Part shown: in pieces, positions 13,746 through 26,890 of the stretch | Numbering within the stretch: position 1 is the first letter of the stretch | How the letters are laid out: each line of letters starts with the position of its first letter | Origin: Sphyrna mokarran | Taxonomy: Eukaryota | Assembly: GCA_024679065.1 (NCBI GenBank) | Contig: JAGIQG010000010.1 | Coordinates: 47,120,001-47,184,000, forward strand | Direction of reading: 5' to 3' | DNA: 64,000 nucleotides | Program-made: the position numbers and the translations under genes | The notes under the pieces: generated by a model | Seen by the model: only the letters and a program-made list of their open reading frames with translations | The model's database searches: none | Told to the model about the DNA's origin: nothing

Positions 13746-15850
13746 TGTCTTTAGGATGTTCTGTGTTGTGGATTACCATGCTCAGATAGCTGTAGAGTAC
13801 TCCCTTTGGTAGGTGAGAATCTTCCATGTGAACGAAACGATCAACTAGTGAAGCTGAGCTCTGATGAGCATGCTCTGTGTACAGATCTCAAACAGCAAAG
13901 ATGGACTGCTTCTTTATGATGCTGTTGATTAACCAAGTCCCATACTCATAAAGATGTGATGTAAGAACCACTGCCTGATAAAGTTTGGTCTTTGTTGTGA
14001 GACAAAATCTGTATTTTTTACGAAGTCTGAGAGTGAGCCTACCAAATGCTGAACTTTCCATTTCTAGGCAATGGATTGTTTCACATCCAGCATAGTGTTA
14101 TTGAAGAGGATACTCCCAAGATAGCAACACATCTATACCAAACAGAGGACTGTGTTGTTGATAGTGATTGTGGGTCTTTGAGTGTTTGGCCAGGGATGGG
14201 TTGATACAAGATCGCTGTCTTCGTCAGACCTATTAGCAAGCCAAAGTGTTCTGAGGCTAGGGCAAAGTGATCAATAAGCAGTTGAATGTCTTCAAGAGTT
14301 TGGCTGCAAGATCATATTTGTCAATGAACAAAAATTCACTAGTCACCTTTTGGTAACCTTTGTATAAGCCTTGATCCTCTGTGAGCTGAAGAAGTTGTCA
14401 TATGACCTGAATTGAATGTGCATTCTTGTGTGAAGATCTTTGAATGTAGAGGCCTAGAATTTTATGGAAAACAGAGTTGGAACTAATGAACAGCCTTGTT
14501 TGCTGCTACTGGTAATAGGAAAGACATCTGACGAGTTGTACCATATCACATAAAGCTGGCAAAAACCAGCAAATGATGTTGATCGTCTTTTCAGGACAGC
14601 CATATTTGTATAGAACTTTCCACAGGGCTTTCCAGTTTACTGTGTCAAAGGTCTTGGCCTGGTTAATGTACACCATATAGAGATTCTTATTCTGTTCTTA
14701 GGACCTTCTTGAATTTGACATGCAGTAAAGATCATATCCATTGTTCACCAAGCTGCTTGAAAGCCACACTGATTCTGAGTTCTGTCGTCTCAGCGCACAG
14801 TACCCTTATTCCAAATTAGACAAAATTGAGTTAACAAATCATGTAAGACCCTGGGTAGTTGAATACATTGATGGGGTACCATTTGATCCTGTTGACAACC
14901 ATAGAAAGCTGTTCTGTGGCTTTTGTGACTTCTATTTAAGGAGATCAAGAACAAACTCTTCCAAAGTCTGATGTTGTGAAAGTTACTCAGTGGTATCATT
15001 ATACACTGTGAATTATTGGTTTAGGAGATTGCTGAAGTGCTCTGCCTGAAAGAATTTCATGCCTATTTGTTAGAGGTGACTGTCGGTTTTGGGTCCATAG
15101 ACATGTGAAGTTTTCGGGTTTTTATCAGCAGCTGCTTGAAGCTCATCAGCCTTTTTTTCCCACCATTGGTTGTTCTCTTCTAGTTTGACTTGCAGGATGT
15201 ATTTTGTGAGGAGCATCTGGTGCTCCTTGCTGTTGACTTCTTGTCAAGTTTATATGTTCTGTGAACGTCACACATTTTGTCTAGAACCTTGTCTGTGTCT
15301 TGGTCACTGTTGTTAAATCTGTCTTGCTACTTCTGTTTGATGAATTCTAGACACTCAGATACCATGGTATAAGTACCTTCCTTTAACTTTGTCCAAGAGC
15401 CTTCAATGGCGATAATGTTCTGTGAAATATTAGCGTTTGCTGTGGCTAGTTTGTTTTCCAGTTTTTATCTCTTGGCCTTGCCTCATGTAACAGTCACATT
15501 ATGCTTTGTGGCTTCACTGTGCCAAAACCCTTGGATTTTATTTTCAAAGACAATACTCCTGACAAGCCAAAAGTCAGGCTAGCATTCAGCATCTCCAAGG
15601 GAACGGATGGGGCAAGTGTCCTTGAGATCTCTCTGTTATACAATATCATAGTTCATCATATGCCGTTGTTTGGATCTAGGCTACATCCATTTTGTTGGTT
15701 TACTGGAAAACTGTGATATTATGTTAAACTCACTGCACTTAAAGATGCTGGCCATCGAAGTTTGCCCTGCCAATACCGTGGTGTGCTTGCATTCCAGGGA
15801 AGTATCCAGCAGACAAACATGTTTCAGTAAAGTTGTTCTAATCTAGATAC
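13746..15850 (-). mobile_element. Degenerate RTE-clade LINE
   Basis: Minus-strand MLIRAQL..., MEDSHLPKGVLYS (RTE QLRW.GHV.RMED.RLPK..LY motif) and a DLTKAFD-like segment (aaccaggccaagacctttgacacagtaaac). Confidence 0.75.
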
Positions 15851-16498
15851 AGGCTATGTAGAAATCCCACAAAATCTAGAACTTTCCAAATTGATATAGG
15901 GAAGCCATACAAATTATGTATCTGGGCTTCCAAAAGATCTTAAATTCAAATCTATATACTTCATGCCCCACCCAATCTTTGGTGAGCTACAGTTATGTCT
16001 AGATAAATATTGGTGAGATCATTGTTTCTGGCTTCTGCTTTAAACCCCCTATCCTGGTTAATTGAAGTTCTCTGGTTAAGATTATGATTCATTCTCCTAT
16101 TTTTATAGTTTTTTAAACCAGGACTTACCATAATACTCAGTAATTACCATCTTCCCGATGCTATCGAAGATTTTTGGCTGAAACTGTGTATGCCAGACAC
16201 CTAATTATTTCTTTCTGAGAGTGCTTTGACTCTCTAGCTTATGTTGTGGCTCTACCTTATACTCTTTACTTGTTTTTCATCTTGAATTTGTATCCTGGTA
16301 ATTTAATATTATGATTTAACATCACATTTTTCATTCGATATATGTGTTTCTAGTTCATTTTGGTGTTCGAGCAATAATATAAAATGCTTTTCATTTTAGA
16401 AAAGTTGGATATGTAGGTTATGAAATTTGTGCTGATATTAAGAAGCAAAAATATTCTTTCTATTCTGTCACCTCATTTGTTTGCTTGTTCTCTTTAAG

Positions 16499-16574
16499 GT
16501 TTTAAGGGATGGCAATAAGCTGGCTCAAATGGAAGAACCACCATTGCTACCAGGAGAATCCATGAAAGATATGG
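16499..16574 (+). CDS. MTMR2: MTMR2 coding exon 3
   Basis: Acceptor ttgttctctttaAG, donor G|[31 protein letters not shown] + 1 nt (76 nt). Confidence 0.95.
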
Positions 16575-17024
16575 GTACGTCTGAACAATTCCGATATATA
16601 GCCCAATAATGCAAACTGAACGTGTTTCTTAAGCACACCATTGTGGAAAGGAGAATTGAGTTAGGTTAGAGCTTTTCTTAAACTTATTAATGTTGAAATT
16701 AACCAGCAGGAAGATAATTGATATATTTAATTACAGAGCTCTTAAAAAATTTAAAGAACAAAAAACTTGATAAAAGGTTTGAAAAAGAAGTATATAGATA
16801 TGATTGTTGCAAAAAGATTGAATATATTTAGCCTTTGATATTTGGGACATGATGTCTCAACCCCACAAAGTCTTAAATCATTTTTTGCCAAATTTATCTA
16901 ACTCTGATTCACAATATTTAAAGTTGATGCAGTGTTATAAAATAACAAGATTGCAGAGTTTTTCAACCAAATCCAAGACAAAAAATCCTGCCTGTGCCTT
17001 TCATTCATATTTATTCTTATAAAC

Positions 17025-17370
17025 AGGTAAGTAGTGGCATAGTTGTTAGTTGCTGGGCTAAAAGCTTTGACAAATGATCTGGACACCAATGCAAACCCCA
17101 CTGTGGAAGCTCATAAAAAAAAATCTAATACGATCGGGAATAAGAAACTAATAAGAGTAATGGTGACATGGAGCTACCAGAATGAACTAAAGACGCGTTT
17201 GAGTCACTAATGTCCTTTCTGGAAGGAAATTGTTGTCCTTAACTAGTCTAATGCATGACTCCACTTCCATATGTGTTGGCTCTAAATTGTTTTGTTCTAA
17301 TTAAGAAGGTGGTACATTTTCCAGGGCATTTGCCAGTGACACACTCATCCTGTGGACTAACAAAATAAAA
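17025..17370 (+). mobile_element. Degenerate tRNA-headed SINE-like repeat (family also at ~39960-40560, 43575-43905, 45310-45440)
   Basis: Shared block cactaatgtccttt..ggaaggaaat..gccatccttacctgg.ctgg in all copies. Confidence 0.6.
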
Positions 17371-17588
17371 CATTTATATGCTAATCAAGTTGACGTGGAA
17401 GCTAGTGTAATAGTGAATAGAGATTGATAACTTGAATGAATGGATGTCAACAGTGAAGTACATTCGCAATGACTTATAAAACAAACTGTTGATGGAAACT
17501 TAATAGAACAAAATTTAGAAACGTGAGTCGCATGGTCAAATGTTTGTCCGAATGTTAACTCAGAATATTGATGAGATATCATAGGTAT

Positions 17589-17940
17589 GGGGAATTAGTT
17601 GTGCAATTGGTTAAACACTGTCCACATCTGAAACCTGGGTTCAGATCCAATCTAAACAGACTGCATGAAAGCTTTCTCTATCTCTCAGTTATTTGGTTCC
17701 TATGAAATTAAAACAAAAAGTGCTGGAAAAACTGAGGAAGAGTTATGTTGGACTTGAAGTGTAAACTCTGTTTCTCTCTCCACTGAAGCTGCCAATTCTG
17801 CTGAGCTTTTCCAGCTCTTTCTGTTATTATTCCAGTTCTCCATCTGCAGTGGTTTGCTTTTATTTCAGGTTCTTATGTAAAATGAGCTTGGACGGTTTTA
17901 ATCTAGTTGTTTCTGACGTGGACCTACAACTCGAAACTTC
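17589..17940 (+). mobile_element. LF-SINE-like ancient SINE interrupted by a Penelope-terminus insertion
   Basis: tRNA-like head (ctgggttcagatccaa) and segment ttatgtaaaatgagcttggacggttttaatctagtt, which resemble the recalled LF-SINE consensus. Confidence 0.45.
17705..17867 (+). mobile_element. Penelope-like terminal repeat remnant with decayed hammerhead
   Basis: Partly self-complementary (gctggaaaa...ttttccagc); decayed core CTGAGGA..GAAG at 17732-17759; flanked by ggttc(c/t)tatg direct repeats (17695-17704, 17868-17877). Confidence 0.6.
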
Positions 17941-18019
17941 GCTTAATTCTGTACTTTTAAGCAATTTGAGCATGTGCAATTTCTCAAGGTTTATAAATTT
18001 AAGTAAAGAAATATAAAAA

Positions 18020-19845
18020 CACAGTAAGAGCTTCTATATGCATATAAAAAGGAAGAGGATAGTTAAAGTCAACATTGGGTATTTTAGAATTGGGTAATTA
18101 ACAATGGGAAACAGAAAATGAGAGGGACTATGAGCAAGTATTTCACAGAAGACAATCAAAATGTCCCAGTAATAGTAGAAAAGTGGAGGAACGTATAATA
18201 ATCATGACCACTAAAGAAAAAGTGTCAACTAATAATGAGACTAAATGCTGACAAGTCATCTGGGGCTGATGGCCTGCAGCCTAAGGTCAAAACAAGGGAC
18301 TATAGAGAAAGTGAGTTCATTGGTTATAACCTTTCAAAATTCCATAGATTGTGGCCTGATTCCAATGCATTGGGAAACCACTGGTGTAACTCTGCTATTC
18401 AAGGAAGGAGAATGTCAGAAAACAGGAAACTAAAGCTAATTAACCTAACATCTGGCATTGGAAAATGCTAGAATGAATTAAGGAGATAGCAGGCAGAACA
18501 TTAAGTCAGCATGGTTTTATGAAATGGAAATCATGTTAGTCAAATTTATTAAGTTATTTGAGGATATAACAAGCTGGTTAGATAAAAGGAAACTAGCAAT
18601 TGCAGTGTATTTGAAACTCCAGAAGGCTTTGGATAAGGTACCAGATGAAAGGTTACTTACTCATAATGTTGGGGATAATCTATTAGCATGGTAGAGAATT
18701 GGCTAACTAACAGAAAAGAGTTTGGATAAATTAATACTTTTCAAGTTGGCAAGCTATCACCAGTGGTGTGCCACAGATCTCAATGACAGGGCCTCAACTG
18801 TGTACAGTCTATATTGTGAGTGACTTTGTTGAAGAAGCTGGCTGAGTGCATTGTAGCTAAACTTCTTGTTATAAATTTAGATGGGAAAGCAAGTTTGACG
18901 AAGACACAGTCTGCAAAAAAGTAGATAAGTTGAGTGGGGAAAAATATTGGTAGATTGAGTTCAATGTCCATTTTGATAGGAAGAATAGAAAACAGCATAT
19001 TTAAATTGACATACTCTCCACATTTGAGGCTGTGATCTCTTGCAGAATTTGTAAGACATTCAATATTTTAAGGAATTTACTGAATAAAGGAATTGTGAAA
19101 AGGAACTGTACAGAGGGATCTGTATTATAAATAAAGTAGAAATTTGGATGCATGTACAGCAACTAATTAGAGAGACAAATGAATGTTGTCCTTTATTTTG
19201 AGAGGGTGGAATATTAAAGTAGGGTAATCTTGCTACAATGATGCAGAACATTGAGTATTATGTACAGTTTTTTGTCTTGTTTAAGAAGGGATTTTTTTTT
19301 AAGTTTCAATAGGCTTACGTTAACATTGCAATTTAGTGAAAGTTCATTAGGCTGATTCTTGGGATAAAGTGATGGCCTGTGAGCAAAGATGGAGTGGGTT
19401 TGGCTTTTACTTACTGGAGTTTAGAAGACTGAAAGATCATCGTATTGAAACATAAGTTCTGAGATGGCAGCTTAGTTACAGATTATAGGTACTGAGATGA
19501 CTTGGATAGATTAGATGTTGAGAGATGTTCGGGGAACCTGGAATTAGGGTTCATAATTTCAGGATGAGGTGTCTCTCATTACAGATGAAGATGAGGAATT
19601 TATTTCCTTGAGGGTAATAAGTCTTCGAAATCCTCTACCTGGAGGGCTGTGAAGGCTGAGTCATTGAATATATTCAAGGCTGAGATAGACACTTTTAGAT
19701 TGAGGGGAGTTAAGAGTTATAGAGATCAGACAAAAAACTGGAATTGAGGCCAAGATCAGATCAACTATGATCTTACCGAATACCCGTAGAGGCTGAGAAG
19801 CTGTGTGGTCGATTCCTGCTATTTTTCCATTCTTATGTCCTTAAT
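18020..19845 (+). mobile_element. Degenerate CR1 LINE ORF2 + tail
   Basis: ADKSSGADGLQP, VTLLFKEG, cagcatggttttatgaaatggaaatcatg, tail gattcctgctatttttccattcttatgtcctt. Confidence 0.85.
19001..19108 (+). repeat. 108-bp direct repeat, copy 1 (copy 2 at 20345-20452)
   Basis: Direct comparison: 105/108 identical. Confidence 0.95.
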
Positions 19846-20339
19846 GTTCAGTTAGCTGTACCAATGAAACATTTGTATTCTAATTGGTTTCTGTTTACTT
19901 TTTCCAAATTATTTGTAGAAGCAGTCAACAATTTTTAAAAGCCAAATTAAAACACTTTTGAAAGTGTGTGTATGTATATATCTGTTTAAATTTTTATTTG
20001 ACACTTTCATAATTTTTAGCTCACTTTCAACTTCCTAATATTTAATTGAAGACTACGTTGGAACTTACAGTACCAGAGAAGATCATCACATAAATGCTTA
20101 AGTGAAAACCTGAGGTTTTAGATTTGTTCATAAGCTTTGGCTGAATGGAATCTTTTCAAGCATTTCAGTGTAAACCAACTCCATCACCCTAGCAATTCAG
20201 CCAATTTATGCAGGTTGGGACTATTTAACCAGAAATATCACCCTGATATACCTTATCTGTCCTTCAATAATTTTTTTCAGTTTGCTTTTGGATTTGCTGA
20301 AATAAGCTGTCAATTCCATTCACTTAGCTCTCTGCATGA

Positions 20340-21010
20340 AGGAATTAAATTGGCATACTCTCCACATTTGAGGCTGTGATCTCTTGCAGAATTTGTAAGA
20401 CATTCAATATTTTAAGGAAATTACTGAATAAAGGAATTGTGAAAAGGGACTGGAAAGAGGAGAATGTGGTGCTATTTCTGAAGAAACAGGAAATAATCCT
20501 GAGATATGTTGAGCTGTTGGTTATGGATAAAATAAAAAGCACTCTGGAAGTGAATAAAGATAGAAAAAACACTACATTAATTGTTAACATGGCTTGATGA
20601 ATGGTTGATTTTGCTTGACAGATCTGTCAGAGTTCTTTGAAAGTATAACTGAGTCAGTTAATGGGGGAAATTTGGAAAATATATTCTAGATATATAAAGT
20701 ATTCAACATTATTTTTGGAATTTACTTCATACAGTTGTGTGACACAAATTAAAGAATGTGCTTTTCAAATAGCGGAAGTGTGTTAAGGGGTCAATGAAAG
20801 AGATGTTCAGCATGGAACACCAGAATTGGTTAGATATATAAATGAATAATTTGAAGGGATGTTAATAAAGCTTATGTTGGAGATGATATCCAACTTTGAT
20901 AGGTAATAAACAGTAGGAAGATATTGATTACTTTCAGGGTTCAGGGGAAGATGTTAAACATAACGCAGTCAAAATTCTTAAAAATGAGGAAAGGAAACAA
21001 ACTTTGAGAG
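20340..21010 (+). mobile_element. Highly decayed CR1 ORF2 fragment
   Basis: GIVKRDWKEENVVLFLKK resembles the CR1 G.VP.DW..ANV.PLFKK motif. Confidence 0.65.
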
Positions 21011-21539
21011 TACTCCATAAATAAGAAACAACTTAAGAGAAGCCACAATGGTTTTGGTGGAAAAGACAAATAGGAGACAATCTTACCAAAATATTCTTAG
21101 TACCAAGCAAGCTTGAATACGGGAGAGTTTTAGGCCCAATTTTTGGTGAGAGAAAAATTTAAATATTATCACACTTAGAAAACAGAATGAGGCAAAGTGT
21201 GATTCTGGCTGGTAGGGGAAGTGGATGGAATTTTTTCATGTCAGGAAGCCATTTGTGACAACTGGAGTGTGCCACTGTGCATGTGTCTAAAGCACCAACT
21301 GTGTACAAAAGTACATTGTCAGTGCACTGGGAAATTGTCACCCCCCCCACCCCACCTCCCCCCAATATCACCTCCCCTCATGTCTACCTGATCAATTGTG
21401 TCCCCTTTCCCCACTGCGCACTGCCAGGATCTGGAACTTCTGGGAAGGTTGAGTATACTTCTGGATACAACACCACAAGACATATTTCAGGCTCTGAGGA
21501 AGTCTGATCATTTGAGTTTGAATGGTTGAAAATGATCAT

Positions 21540-21965
21540 CCTTGAGATGAAACATCCCAAAGCTTTGTTTGTCATTGGCAGGAACTTCAATCAGGTGAAA
21601 CTCGAGCATCTTATCAAGATACCAACAATTCCTGTTCCGCCAGAGGCCCAAACTTCCTAGACCACTGCTACACAAATATCAAACATGCCTACTGCTCTAT
21701 TGCCCACCCACATTTTGGCAAATCAGACCACAAGGCTGTCTTCCTGCTCCCAGCTTACAAACAAAAATAGAAGTGGGAGAATCCATCAAAGAAAATTGTG
21801 TAATGTTGCTCTGAGGAATCGGATGATGTCCTATGGGACTGCTTAGAGTTAGTGGACTGTTCAGTTTTTAAAATCTCTGCAACCAACCTGAGCAAGTGTG
21901 CCACTACAGTAACTGACTTCATCAGTAAGTGTGTGGAAGACTGTGTGCCAAAAAGGCAATTTCAT
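21540..21965 (+). mobile_element. Rex1/Babar LINE endonuclease fragment
   Basis: HPKALFV..NFNQ, RGPNFLDHCYTNIKHAYCSIAHPHFGKSDHKAVFLLPAYKQK. Confidence 0.8.
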
Positions 21966-22328
21966 ATACATTCAAGCCAATGGCTGAACAACCACTGTAT
22001 AAGAATGGAATACTGAAAAGGCATTGTTAGTCATAAAGTTGAGGGCATGATTGCAACTCTCAGTTTGAAACAATGTTGCACAGTAAAATGTTGTCCTGCC
22101 CTATAACATAGTTTATGAATTTGCCAGCATAGTGTTAGACTAATTAATCCTGTGGTTTCATTTCGCTAGCTATCGGCAAATTTGTAATTTGAATTATAAT
22201 AAAATGAAGGTTACTTTATTGTGAATAGTTTGTGGTAATGCCTTGTGATGTACTATGCATAGTGAAAAGTAATCTACTGTGTTAATTTTTCAACGTAGTT
22301 ACATTTGCATGCAGTTTTTTAACAATAA

Positions 22329-22454
<126 letters not shown>

Positions 22455-22689
22455 TAAAAATATATTATGTTACACAAGTTGGGAATGATTAGTATTTCTT
22501 TCCAGGTTTTTTTAAACTGGGGGAATTGTCACTTTTTACAAAGGCTAAAGCTGGATGAAAAATATTCAGGAATAAAAAATAAAACTTAGAAGAGGAAATA
22601 TGATTTTTTTGTCAGAATGGAATTTCTGTTAATATGCATAAATTGAAAAGCTCCTTTGTTGTATAATGAAAGCTGATGAATTAATGTGG

Positions 22690-25600
22690 TAAAATTCCTT
22701 TCTAGGGAACTAATGCAGTCAGCTTATTACCAGTAGTAGGAAATATAATGGAATCTTAACTAAAAGAAAAAATAAGAAAACATCCAGAAATCGGAAATAT
22801 TTCATTAGTCATTGGCATGGGTTACAAGAGAAAAAGTCTAGTTTTACCAACCTCATGGAATTATTTGAAGAGGTTAGAGAGAAAGTAGGCAAGGATGATA
22901 CAGTAGATGTTAAATATCTAGATTTCCAAAAGACTTTTGATAAGTATGGCATAATAAATAAACTCAGCGGATGCAAAGTCCGAGAACAAGTAACAGAATG
23001 AATACCTAACTGGTTGTAAAACTGAGAATGGGGTAAAATGGTCAAAATTGGGATTCCAAAATGATAGTGTTGGGACCATTTTTCTTTACAATTTGTATTA
23101 ACAATAAAGATTTTGGAATCAAAATGTAAAAATTTTAAATAATATCAGATTGAGATTTGTAGTATGGGATAGTCAGTACAAGCCCATTAATAAGCTTGCA
23201 AAATGGGCATGTTAGTAAATCAATTTCAGTGCAGATAAATGAAATATTAACTTGTAGTAAGAAAAGTAAGGAGGTGTATGTAAAGACGTTGAGAAAAAAG
23301 GGTCTGTATTCTCCAGAGTTTTGAAGAACAATAGGTGATCTCATTGAAACCTATAAAGTACTTAAAGGGATGGACAGAATAAACACAGTAAAATGTTACC
23401 TCTAGTTGGGGAGTCGAGAACCAAGGGACACAATTTAAAAAAGGCGGGAAGCCATTTAGGACTAAGAGGAAGAGAATTTATTTTACTCAGAGTTGAGAGT
23501 CATTGAAATTCTCTATACCTGAGGGTTTTGGAAGGTTAGTCATTTTCACTTACGGATCTCTAACTATCAGTGACATAAAGGAATATGGGGATTGTGTGAA
23601 CGTAAAAGCATAAGAAATAGGGACAGGAGTAGGCCATCTAGCTCCTCGAGCCTGCCCTGCCATTCAATAAGATCCTTGCTGATCTGAAGTGGATCAGTTC
23701 CACTTATCTGCCTGCTCCCTATAACCCTTAATTCCCTTACTGAACAGAAATCTATCTACCCATGACTTAGACGTATTCAATGAGGTAGCTTCCACCACTT
23801 CAATGGGCAGAGAATTCCAGAGATTCACCACCGTCTGAGAGAAGAAGTTCCTCCTCAACCCTGCTCTAAACTGACCCGACCCCCCCCACCTTATTTTGAG
23901 GCTGCACACTCTGGTTCTGGTTTCTTTTCTAAGTGGAAAGAATCTGTCTACCTCTATCCTATCTAACCCTTTCATTATCTTATATGTCTCTATAAGATCA
24001 CCCCTCAGCCATCTAAACTCCAACGAGTACAGGCTCAATCTCTTCTCATAAGCTAACCCCCAACTCTGGTATCAACTTAGTGAACCTTCTCTGTACTCCC
24101 TCCAAGGCCAATATATCCTTTCACAAATAAGGGGACCAAAATTGCACACAGTACTCTAGTTATGGCCTCACCAGCGCCTTGTACAGTTGCAGCAAGACTT
24201 CCCTGCTTTTATATTCTATTCTATGATAAAGGCCAACATTCCATTCAACTTCTTGGTCACCTGCAGACTGAGTTTTTGCGACTCATGCACAAGGACTCCT
24301 AGGTTCCTCTGCACAGTAGCATGTTGTAATTTTTCACCATTTAAATAATATTCCATTTTATTATTATTTCTTCCAAAGTGGATAACCTCACATTTGCCAA
24401 CGAAGGAAAAGGCATTGAAGTAAATGACCAGCCATAATTGCATTGAATGATAGAATAAGCTCAGTGGGTTGAATAGCCTATTCCTCATCTTGTGCTCACA
24501 TAAGATGACAAGATGCGAAAGCAGAATTAGATCATTCGGACTATTGAGTCTTCTCCGCCATTCGATCATAGCTGATATCATTCTCATCCTCATTCCCCTG
24601 TCTTCTCCCCATAACTCTTGATCCTCTTGTTCATTAAGAATCTATCTATTTTTGTCTTAAAGACACTCAATGACCTGACCTCCAGATCCTTTGTGGTAAT
24701 GATTCCATCAGTATAGACTCAGGCTCCTCAATTGCTCTTCATATGACAAACCGTTCATTCCTGGGATCATTCTTATGAACTTCCTCTGGACACCTCTAAA
24801 GCCTGCACATTCTTAAGTAAGAGGCCCAAAATTGCTCATAATATTCAAAATGGGATCTGACCAGAGTCTTATAAGGTCTCAGCTGCAAAAGATTAGGGTG
24901 CACGGAGTTGGGGATAAGGTGTTAGTCTGGATAGAGGATTGGTTGTCTAATAGAAAGCAGAGAGTTGGAATCTGAGTGCTATTCTGGTTGGCAGTTGGTG
25001 ACTAGTGGGGTACCGCAGGGACTGATGCTGGGACCTTAACTGTTTACTATTTACATAGATGATCTGGAGGAGGGGGCTGAGTGTGGGGAATGAAATTTGC
25101 TGGGAATGAAAATTGCTTGGAAGATGCGGAAAGTCTGCAGAGAGATCTGGATAGGCTGAGTGAGTGGGCGAGGATTTGGTAGATGGAGTATAATGTTAAC
25201 AAATGTGAAGTTATCCAGTTTGATAGAAATAATAGTAGGAGGGATTATTATTTAAAGGGCGAAAAGCTGCAGCATGCTACGGTGCAGAGGGACTTGGCGT
25301 TCCTTGTGCACGAATCGCAAAAACCCAGCCTGCAGGTGCAGCAGGTGATCAAGAAGGTGAATGTAATGTTGGCCTTTATAGGTAGGGGGATAGAATATAA
25401 AAGCAGGGAGGCCTTGCCTTAACTGTAAGGGTACTGGTGAGGCAGCAACTGGAGTACTGTGTGCAGTTTTGGTCGCCACATATATTGGCCTTGGAGAGAG
25501 TGCAGAGAAGGTTCACTAGGCTGATACCGGAGATGAGGTGGTTAGCCTATGAGGAGAGATTGAATAGACTGGGTCTGAACATTGGAGTTTAGAAGGCTGA

Positions 25601-26890
25601 GAAGGGATCTTATACAGTCATATAAGATAATGAAGGGGATAAATAAGGTAGAGGTAGAGAGATTCTTCCTACTTAGAAAGAATAGCAGAACTGGAGGGCA
25701 CAGCCTCGAAATAAGGGGAGGGGGCAGAGCAGTTTAGATCGGAGTTGAGTAAGAACTTCTTCACTTAAAGGGTGGTGAGTCTCTGGAATTCTCTACCCAT
25801 TGAAGTGTTGGAGGCTACCTCGCTGAATATATTTAAGTCACAAGTAGATAGGTTTCTGATAGACAAGGAAATTAAGGGTTATGGGGAGAAAGCGGGAAAG
25901 TGGAACTGATCCACTTCAGATCAGCCATGATCTTGTTGAATGGCAGGATAGGCTCGAAGGGCGAGATGGACTACTACTCCTTCTATTTCTAATGTTCTTA
26001 TGTTCTTGGCAGTACACCCCTACTCTTGATGTCTAGCCCTCCAGAAAGGAATGCTAATATTGATTTTGTCTTCCTAACTGCCAACTGAATCTGCATGTTA
26101 ATCTTGAGAGTCCTAAATCAGGACTCCTAAGTCCTTTTAGGCTTCAGATTTCTGAAGACTTTCCCCATTTGGAAAACAGTATATATATCTATTCTCCTAC
26201 CAAAATGCATAATCTCACACTTTCCCACGTTGTATTCCATTTGCCACTTCTTTGCCCATTCTCCTCATGTGTCCAAGTCATTCTGCAGACTCTCCACTGT
26301 CCTCCTCATATGTCATATATTACTTAGAAAATAATCTAAAGGGAATGAAGGAGCAAACAGAGATAGGAAAACAATTAGACAGATTACAAGTTGCAAGACT
26401 GTTCTGCAGGCCATAATGAAAGCATGAGGCTTCACTTCTAGAAGGATAGAATTGAAAAATTGACATGTTGTACTAAACCTGTAATGGGCCTTTGTTGGTC
26501 AGATCATGAATTCTGTGTAACAATTTTGTTCAACATGTTATAGAAAAGATATAAACATATAAAGGATATTAAAAGGATTTACAAGGATGATACTAAAACT
26601 GGAGATATTTATAGTTATGAAAGGAATTTGATACAGTAGACAGTGTTTCAATTGTGGGGAAGAACAAAATGAGAGGCCAATTATATAAAGTAGTTAGCAA
26701 AAAAAATGTGGAATTCCAGAGAAACTTCTTCATCCAGAGAGTGATGAAGTGATTGAGTCAAATGGTATAGATGTATTTAAGGAAAAACTAGTAAGCATGT
26801 GATAGAGAGCGAAATGGGAAGGGTTATACTGATAGTTGAATGAGGAAGGATGTGAGGAGGCACAAGGGGATGGAATGACCTGTGTGTGGT
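22690..26890. mobile_element. Nested cluster of about five CR1 insertions in both orientations
   Basis: A (+; ~22690-23280 and ~26310-26890), B (+; ~23283-23600 and ~24402-24500), C (-; ~23605-24400), D (-; ~24505-24885 and ~26008-26305), E (+; ~24886-26006). Each has ORF2 motifs and/or a tail. Confidence 0.85.
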
